Shown: positions 39,668 through 46,809 of the stretch, in pieces | Numbering within the stretch: the stretch's first letter is position 1 | Layout of the letters: each line of letters opens with the position of its first letter | NCBI GenBank assembly: GCA_964542895.1 | Contig: CAZIWT010000002.1 | Location: 2,730-66,729 of the forward strand | Origin: an uncultured Thermodesulfobacteriota bacterium | GTDB taxonomy: Bacteria; Desulfobacterota; Zymogenia; Zymogenales; Zymogenaceae | DNA: 64,000 bases | Reading direction: 5' to 3' | Notes under the pieces: model-generated | Told to the model about the DNA's origin: nothing | Databases searched by the model: none | Seen by the model: the letters and a program-made list of their open reading frames with translations, nothing else | Made by a program: the position numbers and the translations under genes

Positions 39668-41263
39668 TCAGGAGTCTTGATACTTTTCCACCAAAAGGTA
39701 TTTCTTGATTTTCCCCGTGGGAGTTCTGGGTAAATTTGTGGTAAATATGAACTTCTTCGGAGTCTCGAATACTTTGAGCCTTTCCGAACAGTATTGCCGA
39801 AGGTCTTCTTTCTTTATATCCATTCTGGGATTTCTCATTACTACGGCCGCAAGTATTTCCCCCTCTCGTTTTTCTTTAAGGGCGATTACGGCACAATCGA
39901 TAACCGCCTCATTCGATTTTATAACGTTTTCCACGTCCAACGAGGGGATATCGTTCTCCCCAATGGTCAACGTGTCCTCCCTCCTTCCCATAATATAAAG
40001 GAATCCGTCTTCATCGAATCTGCCGATATCACCGGTGTGAAACCAGCCGTTCACAATGGTCTCCTCGGTTTTCTCTTTGTTCTTCAGGTATCCGGTGGTC
40101 TGGGCGATATTTTTCGCCGTGATCTCCCCTTTTTCCCCGATCGGTGCGTCTTTCCCGTCGTCACGCAGGATCTTGACCTCCGATCCAAAATAGGGGGTGC
40201 CGATGGATCCCGGCTTTTTCCTCTTCTCCTCCGGCCCGATACCGGTCAAAAGCCCGCATTCGGAAAGCCCGTAGTATTCATAGACGTTTGGACAAAGCCG
40301 CTCGTATACCTTCTTAAGCAGATCTTCGGAGAGGGGCCCGCCGGTAAAGATCAATCCCCGAAGGGAGGAAAGGTCGAATTTGTCGAGGTCCGGGAGCTTC
40401 ATTATAACGGAGGCTATGATGGGGATCCATGTCGTGACGGTGACCTTCTCCCGCTGGATTATCTCGAGGATCTTTACCGGGTCGAAGTTGAGGATCACGT
40501 TTTTCGCCCCGATGAAGAGCCCCACTCCGCACCAGCTGAAGCCGGACCTTCCCGTTATCGGTATGACCGTCAGGATGGTATCGTCTGCGGTTACGTCGTG
40601 GGCGAAGGCGAAAAAGGGGAGTGCCGCAAAGTTGGCACCGTGTGTGATAAGAAAAGGCTTCGGCAGTCCCGTTGTCCCGGATGTCATATTGATAAACTCG
40701 TTGTCCCTGCTTACCACGACAACATCCGGCTCATCCCTGGACGCACTCTGTATCAACTCTTCATAGGGCGTAGCGAATTCGGGAGGATCATCACCGATGT
40801 ATATATAGTGCTTGACATTGGGAAGGGAGTCGAGGGCCTCGAGGAGCAGCTTCCTCGAGTCTTCGCAGAAGACCACGGTATCGGCGTCCGACAGATTTAT
40901 GTAGTCGATCATTTGGGGCCGTTCCATCTTGTAGTTCAAGGGGAGGCCGATGACACCCGTCTTTGCCAGGGCCCCGTATGTCTCGAATATTTCGGCCCGG
41001 TTGTCGATCAGGAAGGCGCAGGTGTCCCCTTTTTTCAACCCCATTTCAATAAGGGCGTTGCCGATACGGTTGATGCGGTCGTTGAACTCCCTGAAAGTAA
41101 ACCTCCTTCCCGTTTTGACGCAATATATCGCCTCCCTGTCACCGTATTTTATGGAGGCAATTTTAGCAAGATTGCCTACTCCTATTTCGTGTTCCGAGTA
41201 ACTCATTTTTCCTCTAAAGAAAAAAGACTCAACGATCCATGAAACGCCTGACAAATCTTCCAA
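39668..41263 (-). CDS. AMP-dependent synthetase/ligase (acyl-CoA / fatty-acyl-AMP ligase family)
   Basis: TSGTTGLPKP AMP-binding motif, GEI, GWFHTGDIGRFDEDGFLYIMGRRED. Overlaps the upstream peptidase ORF by 35 nt. Confidence 0.85.
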   Translation of the reverse strand: MEDLSGVSWIVESFFFRGKMSYSEHEIGVGNLAKIASIKYGDREAIYCVKTGRRFTFREFNDRINRIGNALIEMGLKKGDTCAFLIDNRAEIFETYGALAKTGVIGLPLNYKMERPQMIDYINLSDADTVVFCEDSRKLLLEALDSLPNVKHYIYIGDDPPEFATPYEELIQSASRDEPDVVVVSRDNEFINMTSGTTGLPKPFLITHGANFAALPFFAFAHDVTADDTILTVIPITGRSGFSWCGVGLFIGAKNVILNFDPVKILEIIQREKVTVTTWIPIIASVIMKLPDLDKFDLSSLRGLIFTGGPLSEDLLKKVYERLCPNVYEYYGLSECGLLTGIGPEEKRKKPGSIGTPYFGSEVKILRDDGKDAPIGEKGEITAKNIAQTTGYLKNKEKTEETIVNGWFHTGDIGRFDEDGFLYIMGRREDTLTIGENDIPSLDVENVIKSNEAVIDCAVIALKEKREGEILAAVVMRNPRMDIKKEDLRQYCSERLKVFETPKKFIFTTNLPRTPTGKIKKYLLVEKYQDS

Positions 41264-41909
41264 CCGACCCCTTAATGATTCCGTATGTAAGATTTGCGGA
41301 ACTCAAACGGGCGAGGACGCCGCCAAACCGGGGTTTTACGAGACCCTTTCCCTCACGCCTTATCATCGTGACCTTGAGGATCCCGTCGCCCTTGAGGATT
41401 CGGGGGGTGTCGGGATCGGTCATGTTGTCCCCCTTGGTTGTAACCGTGAGGTTCTTTTCGTTTTTCCTGATATTGCTCTTACCGATATTAATAACACGGT
41501 GGGCTATATATCTCTCCTCTTCCGGGAAGCACACTATGTCACCAGGCTTAATATTTCCCCCCCTCCCGTCCACTTTTATTACGATGAGGGTATCCCCGGG
41601 CCTTAAAGCCGGGTACATGCTGTAGCCGAAAAAGGGAACCGACCTTATATCTTCCGATCTCACGCTTCTGATCTCACAAACCGGCCTAAAATCAGGGTTT
41701 GAGGCCGCCGACGCATCCGGCGCCGGAGGGAATGCCGCCGCCCCTGCATCCCAGGGCGTTAAAATTTCCATCACGGCACTGTCCCGCATAAGGATTCCCG
41801 CCACCCGCACAATTTCCCGTGGCTTGTCCGCCTCCGGTACAAAGGCTTGAAGCCTGATTTCCGCCGCGGCATATTGATTGTCCCAGCGCCTGGACTCTAT
41901 CCACCTCAA
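41229..41909 (-). CDS. S24/S26-family (signal-peptidase/LexA-like) serine peptidase, probable leader peptidase; start ambiguous
   Basis: FGYSMYPALRPGDTLIVIKVD ... GDIVCF ... YIAHRVINIG matches the S-M-x-P...GD...K/H catalytic arrangement. The ORF-track start is TTG at 41909, which overlaps precursor A. Internal candidate starts are at 41789, 41771 or GTG 41663. Confidence 0.55.
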   Translation of the reverse strand: MRWIESRRWDNQYAAAEIRLQAFVPEADKPREIVRVAGILMRDSAVMEILTPWDAGAAAFPPAPDASAASNPDFRPVCEIRSVRSEDIRSVPFFGYSMYPALRPGDTLIVIKVDGRGGNIKPGDIVCFPEEERYIAHRVINIGKSNIRKNEKNLTVTTKGDNMTDPDTPRILKGDGILKVTMIRREGKGLVKPRFGGVLARLSSANLTYGIIKGSVGRFVRRFMDR

Positions 41910-41949
41910 GGGCTATCACCATCGGCGGCTCGTAAATTTTCTTCTTCAT
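41692..41949 (-). CDS. RiPP precursor peptide A (leader KKKIYEPPMVIALEVDRVQALGQ; 6-Cys Gly-rich core)
   Basis: 85 aa. Core SIC-x9-C-x9-C-x10-C-x9-C-x10-C with CxGG repeats. The leader is almost identical to precursor B. Confidence 0.6.
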   Translation of the reverse strand: MKKKIYEPPMVIALEVDRVQALGQSICRGGNQASSLCTGGGQATGNCAGGGNPYAGQCRDGNFNALGCRGGGIPSGAGCVGGLKP

Positions 41950-42031
41950 AAAATTGGTTACCTGAAAATACGTCTAAAAGCAGTAAAAAGTATCATGATC
42001 ACACAAAAAACCCCTCACTTTATTTTACGCC

Positions 42032-42265
42032 TTATTGATTGCTACCCGTTAAGTATTGACTGGACGCTGAGCTATCGTCCCTGCAATTCCCCTCGGCGGT
42101 GGAGCCGATCCCGCAGTTGTTGTTCGGTCTGGCGCCGGACCAGCGGTTATTCGGTTGCGCTCCCCCCCCGGTACATATATCCATTGACCGACAGCCTAAA
42201 TCCCATTCTCGTTGAGCTCAATGATCGTAGTTGATTGATACAACTTGGTTTTTAATCTCTTCTTT
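42032..42265 (-). pseudogene. degenerate third precursor-peptide paralog (nonsense + frameshift)
   Basis: The minus strand reads ...LYQSTTIIELNENGI*AVGQ, aligning to KKYEPPKIIDMNVDYVQALGQ with TAG where the paralogs have CAG (Gln). After a G8 homopolymer the next frame gives NNNCGIGSTAEGNCRDD with the C-x9-C spacing. No ATG. Confidence 0.35.
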
Positions 42266-43254
42266 TATGTCCTCTCTCTAAAAAAAGTCAAAGGATTAAT
42301 GCTGCGGGTAAAATGGATATTATGAAATGGAAAACGCTCTACTATCTCCCTTACCAATGTAAAGGTCTCTTTCGCCTCTCTTTCGGGGAAGTATCTGAAG
42401 AAGTGGATATGATTGTGCAGAATCCTCAACATTGCCTCCCCGGGTTTGATCTCTTCCAAATAATCATCTTCATCCTTTATCAGGAAGAAGAATCTCTTCG
42501 CTGAAACAGTCTCCCCACAGTTTTTTCTGCTTGACACCTGGGTAAATGGGGACGGCATCGTATAGTAGCACCTCCCCCGCCGAAATAAGAGAGAGCCGTC
42601 GTCGGCCAGGAGCCTATCCTTCCCTATGAGATCGGCGATGGTGCTCTTTCCCGCTCCGGATCCCCCGAAAAAGATATATCCCCCGCCATTGATTTCCGCC
42701 GAACAGGCGTGAAGCATCATACCTCCGTACAGCGGGGCGAAAAGCCCGACCGTCGCCTGAACAGCAAGGGATATGGTAGAGGCGTCGTCGAAAAAGCCAC
42801 TTTTTAATAAAAAAACCTCTCCCGAGGGTCTATCATAATTGATTAACAGGAGAAATGAGTTGTGGTGTAGGACTGCTATCCTGTCCTTTTTAAGTAGTGG
42901 TGTTAGATACGGAAATCCTTGAGACTCCACATTATCCTTCGACTTTACACGTCCCATTCTACTACTTCCCCTTTTCCAGCCGAAGGGGAGTTGACCGAAA
43001 GGGAACCTCTTCTCTACTCTGAGGAAATAATTTTCTAAAGCCCTGATCTCATCTCCGTTAAAGAGGCTTTTTAAAGGGACATCACTCCATTCTTGTATGA
43101 CAAGGGGGAATCTTTCTTCTCTGTTAGATAATATGTAATCCGAAAACTTCTTGGTTATGGCCTCCATAAACCGGTTATCATCTTCGCCTTTATAAGTTAT
43201 TTCGAGTTTTACCCCTCCTATATCGATATTAATCGAGATCATTCCAATTTTCAA
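42265..43254 (-). CDS. HPr-kinase-related kinase (HprK C-terminal-domain-like)
   Basis: P-loop FFGGSGAGKST plus a downstream LLADDGS-type segment, as in HprK/lasso-peptide kinases. 329 aa. Confidence 0.55.
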   Translation of the reverse strand: MKIGMISINIDIGGVKLEITYKGEDDNRFMEAITKKFSDYILSNREERFPLVIQEWSDVPLKSLFNGDEIRALENYFLRVEKRFPFGQLPFGWKRGSSRMGRVKSKDNVESQGFPYLTPLLKKDRIAVLHHNSFLLLINYDRPSGEVFLLKSGFFDDASTISLAVQATVGLFAPLYGGMMLHACSAEINGGGYIFFGGSGAGKSTIADLIGKDRLLADDGSLLFRRGRCYYTMPSPFTQVSSRKNCGETVSAKRFFFLIKDEDDYLEEIKPGEAMLRILHNHIHFFRYFPEREAKETFTLVREIVERFPFHNIHFTRSINPLTFFRERT

Positions 43255-43319
43255 ACACTAAAATAGTCTTCAAAATCTCATTGCCCAACTAATTGAACGA
43301 AAATTTAATTTTGATGAAA

Positions 43320-43664
43320 TCAGCTTGGCACAGATCCCGTGGTGCAGCTCCCGGCAGGGATGGTCCCCGAATCGCACCTGCCGCCGAAGGCCGTTGTACC
43401 CGCCTTACACATACCTCCGAAGGCCATACCGCCGCTCTGACACTTCCCGCCGGCTCCGCTGGGATCGCCCCCCGCCTGGCAGCGGGCACCCGCGGAGCTA
43501 CCGGATTGGCACTTTCCCCCATAGGCCATATTACCGAACTGACACATCGTTTCCGCAGACGGCCCGGTGTTACACTGTCCGGGTGTAACCGTCTGCCCCA
43601 GCGCCTGAACGTAATCCACATTCATATCGATAATCTTCGGTGGCTCATATTTCTTCTTTGTCAT
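43320..43664 (-). CDS. RiPP precursor peptide B (leader MTKKKYEPPKIIDMNVDYVQALGQ; 8-Cys Gly-rich core, C-terminal Ser)
   Basis: 114 aa. Core repeats C-(Q/N/K)-(S/A/T)-G...G-(K/R/M) with Cys every 9-12 residues. Ends ...TTGSVPS. Confidence 0.6.
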   Translation of the reverse strand: MTKKKYEPPKIIDMNVDYVQALGQTVTPGQCNTGPSAETMCQFGNMAYGGKCQSGSSAGARCQAGGDPSGAGGKCQSGGMAFGGMCKAGTTAFGGRCDSGTIPAGSCTTGSVPS

Positions 43665-43693
43665 GGAGTTTCCCCGAATGTTAAAATCAAAAA

Positions 43694-43719
43694 AAAGTTA
43701 GTTTAAAATGAAGGTCGTT
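43694..43719 (-). promoter_or_regulatory. perfect 7-bp inverted repeat (GGTCGTT-N7-AACGACC) in the 5' region of precursor B
   Basis: Lies 30-55 nt upstream of the precursor B start, within a 248-nt AT-rich gap after the rSAM gene. Confidence 0.3.
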
Positions 43720-43912
43720 AGATGAAACGACCGTTATAAGTCCTTGAATTATATTAAAAACGGGAGACGCTTCCTATCTATTTAAAATCGTATTTTCGAT
43801 CTTTTAATGTGAAATTCTCAAAGGTCTTTCTTATATTCCCTTAAATCCGTCTGAAACCATAGTATTTGATATCAACCTTTAAAGCTAATCCTCCGATCTC
43901 GATTATCATTCC

Positions 43913-44995
43913 TCATATAATTCTCGTCTCCGGGAAGATGCCCATCTCGTACGCCTCCTGGCAGATGCGGTCAGGAGCGGAGAGATCCCCGTGAAGCACG
44001 TAGGCGTTCGCCCTGCACGAACCGAGGCACAATCCCTTCAAGATACACCTCCCGCAGATACCCTTCATGTTGTCGGGCACAATCCTCCTCAATTCCGACA
44101 AGACAGGGCTTTTTCTCCACAACTCTTCAAGATTGTCCTCCCTTATATTTCCTATAACGAGTTCCGGCACCTCCTTTCCTATCCCGCAGATGGATATGTG
44201 CCCGGATGCGATTATGCCGATTATGTTGAGGATGTGACACTGGGCGTTGTTCCCATTGAAAAAGGAGTCTATCTTTTTGAAGGCCGATGGTATGGTGAAG
44301 TAGGTCTGGATATCGTACTTCTCCTTCAGATCGTTTTCCACCCACGAAGATAACCTGATAAGCTCATCGACAGGGACCGTCTTTCCCCCTTCCGTCAATT
44401 TCCCTCCCCTCCCTATAGGCATCACCGGGTTGAACTTGACCGAGTTGGCGTTGAGGCGCTTTGCCATGTCGACAACCCCCTCGATATCCCCGGAGTTGTC
44501 CCCTATCAGGCTCATGATGATCTGTACCCTCAATCCCTGGCTCACCATATTCTCGACGCCCGTAACCGCATCATCCCACGAACCCTCAACGCCGCGAAAG
44601 GAGTCGTGAAACTTGGGGTTGATGCTGTCGATGCTGACGCTTATCGAGGATGCATTGCTCCGCTTCAAGAAGGCCGCCGTATTTTCGTCTATCAGGGTCC
44701 CATTTGTCTCGATATCCATCACGAGCTCTTCCGACGATATTACCTCGATTATCTCGAATATCTCCCTGTTGATAAACGGCTCTCCCCCGGTGAGCTTTAT
44801 GTTGAAAAGGCCTATCGGCCTTCCCTCTTTTATGATCTTCCTTACGTCGTCAGCCGTTATTCCGTCGGGGGCATCTTCGGTCTCCGGCACGAAGCTCGGG
44901 GTCAGCCAGCAGTGGGAGCACTTAAGGTTACAGCCCGAGGTCAGGTACAGATAGGCCGAATTCAATCGATAGCTCGGTTTTTCATCCGATTCCAT
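43913..44995 (-). CDS. radical SAM / SPASM-domain peptide-modifying enzyme
   Basis: CNLKCSHC (CxxxCxxC), GGEP. C-terminal Cys set QCHIL...ICGIG...ICGRCILKGLCLGSC typical of SPASM auxiliary clusters. Confidence 0.85.
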   Translation of the reverse strand: MESDEKPSYRLNSAYLYLTSGCNLKCSHCWLTPSFVPETEDAPDGITADDVRKIIKEGRPIGLFNIKLTGGEPFINREIFEIIEVISSEELVMDIETNGTLIDENTAAFLKRSNASSISVSIDSINPKFHDSFRGVEGSWDDAVTGVENMVSQGLRVQIIMSLIGDNSGDIEGVVDMAKRLNANSVKFNPVMPIGRGGKLTEGGKTVPVDELIRLSSWVENDLKEKYDIQTYFTIPSAFKKIDSFFNGNNAQCHILNIIGIIASGHISICGIGKEVPELVIGNIREDNLEELWRKSPVLSELRRIVPDNMKGICGRCILKGLCLGSCRANAYVLHGDLSAPDRICQEAYEMGIFPETRII

Positions 44996-46142
44996 TCTCG
45001 AGCTCCTCGGTGTAAAGCTTGTAACAGCAGAACGGATCCCTGGCGAGCATCGTCCCGTAGGCGGAATACGCCGAGGCGGGGCACCCGGCGGTGCACATGG
45101 GAGCGTATCGGCAATCTCTGCAGGTAGAAAGGCTTGTCACCGGGGTCGTGAATCTCTTTCTGAACTCCACAAAGGTCTCGGACTCCCTCCAGATAATATC
45201 GAGGGGGGTGTCGAGGATATTTCCGGCCGTGATCTCCGGGAGGCGGTCGCAGGGGACCGCCCAGCCGTCCGGTCTTATGGCGCACTGGTTTTTTAAGGCA
45301 CCGCAGCCGGAGAGGAAGTGCGTGTTCGGATCGTAATTCTTGAGGTTATCAGGATTGATGTTTCTTATCCCCTCGAAAATCTCGTCCATCTCGAAAAAAG
45401 TCCCGGAGATAAACGGGTAATCACACCTTATCTCCTTTAACTCCTCGACAATCCTTTTTATCTCGACGGCGTCGAGCTTAAGCTCCTCCATATATTTCAG
45501 TCCCCGCCCCTCGTATAACAGGTAGTTGAACTTTACGCTCGAAATACCCGTGTCTGCCGCCAGCTCCGCTATGGCCTTCAGTTCCCTGAAATTGAGCCGG
45601 GTTACGGTGCAGTAGGCGCTGACATCGTGCCCGAATCGTATGAGATGCTTTATCCCGTTAAGGGCCGCCTTGAAGGCCCCGCTTCCCCTCAAAAGGTCGT
45701 GGGAGCTTGGTCCCGCCCCGTCGAGGCTGACCATTATGTCGTCCATCTTCCTGATGTACTTGGTGAGCCTCTTGGCAGCTCCTTCGTCTATCAATGTGGC
45801 ATTAGTGTTCAGGGAAATTCTCAAGGGCTTGCTGTAAAAGGCGTCCAAGATATCGTAGAAATCCTCCCGGACGAAAGGCTCCCCCCCGCTTATCTTTACC
45901 CTCAAGATCTTGAGCCTCTTTATCTCGTCGATAAAATCGAGCCACTGTTCGGTCGTGAGGTCCGGGCCGTAACTGAAGCCGTCCGAGTAGACAGCGCAGT
46001 GCTTGCACGCCTGGTTGCACCTCGACGTAATCGAGACAAAGAGGGACATCGGTGTCTTCGGTATCTGCGGGGTATAGGATATATCTAAAGTGTCGGAAGT
46101 CTCGCCCGCCGCAATGCCCCTTCCCATACTGTCTGTTTCCAT
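44982..46142 (-). CDS. radical SAM / SPASM-domain peptide-modifying enzyme (second copy)
   Basis: CNQACKHC, GGEP. C-terminal GCGALKNQC...PC...CRDCRYAPMCTAGCP. 14-nt overlap with the downstream rSAM gene. Confidence 0.85.
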   Translation of the reverse strand: METDSMGRGIAAGETSDTLDISYTPQIPKTPMSLFVSITSRCNQACKHCAVYSDGFSYGPDLTTEQWLDFIDEIKRLKILRVKISGGEPFVREDFYDILDAFYSKPLRISLNTNATLIDEGAAKRLTKYIRKMDDIMVSLDGAGPSSHDLLRGSGAFKAALNGIKHLIRFGHDVSAYCTVTRLNFRELKAIAELAADTGISSVKFNYLLYEGRGLKYMEELKLDAVEIKRIVEELKEIRCDYPFISGTFFEMDEIFEGIRNINPDNLKNYDPNTHFLSGCGALKNQCAIRPDGWAVPCDRLPEITAGNILDTPLDIIWRESETFVEFRKRFTTPVTSLSTCRDCRYAPMCTAGCPASAYSAYGTMLARDPFCCYKLYTEELENGIG

Positions 46143-46181
46143 TGGATAAAGCCCCTATTTTACATTCTTGGAGGAAAAATA

Positions 46182-46460
46182 CTATTCGGAGAGGAAGCCC
46201 CGCGCCTTTATCTGCTCGATGAACTCCTCCACGTCTTTTTTTACAGCGTCCGATTCGACCTCCGTGTATTGAGTCAACACCTTCTTTACGATGTGGTCGA
46301 TGCTGTTCTTGCCGTTCAGCTCCTTGAAGACCAAGACCCCGGTCTCGTTCAACGCCTGAAGAGTGTCCTGTATCGGATCGAAGAGAAACGCACCGTCGTC
46401 CTCCTCCCGAAGGACGATATCGTCCTTTATCGAGGGGTAGTTAGTTTTATTGTTTCCCAT
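46182..46460 (-). CDS. PqqD-family RiPP recognition element protein
   Basis: 92 aa with the fold-defining pattern LFDPIQDTLQALNETGVLVFKELNG...SIDHIVKKV...EVE...DVEEFIEQIKARGFL. Confidence 0.6.
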   Translation of the reverse strand: MGNNKTNYPSIKDDIVLREEDDGAFLFDPIQDTLQALNETGVLVFKELNGKNSIDHIVKKVLTQYTEVESDAVKKDVEEFIEQIKARGFLSE

Positions 46461-46809
46461 TTACTACGACTCCCTTTTTGAAGAATTCAACGTATATCCT
46501 TTTTACGTCCTTAAAAACCGTATCGAACTCCTCGCCGTACATCTCCCCTATGATCCTCGATACCCCGTTTACGTCGATCTTCCCGTTCGTTTTCGAGTAG
46601 ACCTTTGAAGCCGTTTCGTTGATCAAGATGGAAGTCCTTCTCTCCGAATCGAAGAGGAGGCCCTCTCCACCCTCAAACTCGACCGAGAGTATGTGGGGAC
46701 CTTTTTTGAATATGGTGCCCCCGCTAACCGGCGGTGGTTTCGGTACCCTCGGATTTTTTGCGCTTTTGTTTCTGATGAAATCTATTGCTTGCCTTAAAAT
46801 GGGCGGCAT
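46447..46809 (-). CDS. second PqqD-like protein (divergent)
   Basis: 120 aa. LLFDSERRTSILINETASKVY...GVSRIIGEMYGEE...VFKDV..IYVEFFKKGVV. 14-nt overlap with the adjacent RRE gene. Confidence 0.45.
   Translation of the reverse strand: MPPILRQAIDFIRNKSAKNPRVPKPPPVSGGTIFKKGPHILSVEFEGGEGLLFDSERRTSILINETASKVYSKTNGKIDVNGVSRIIGEMYGEEFDTVFKDVKRIYVEFFKKGVVVNGKQ

Noticed and set aside
39794-41242. 482-aa plus-strand ORF antisense to the AMP-ligase
   Set aside because: The AMP-binding signature motifs are on the minus strand. The plus-strand translation is low-complexity.
41878-42234. 118-aa plus-strand ORF between precursor A and the kinase
   Set aside because: The minus strand of the same DNA shows recognisable remnants of the precursor leader and Cys repeat. 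The plus-strand ORF has no features.
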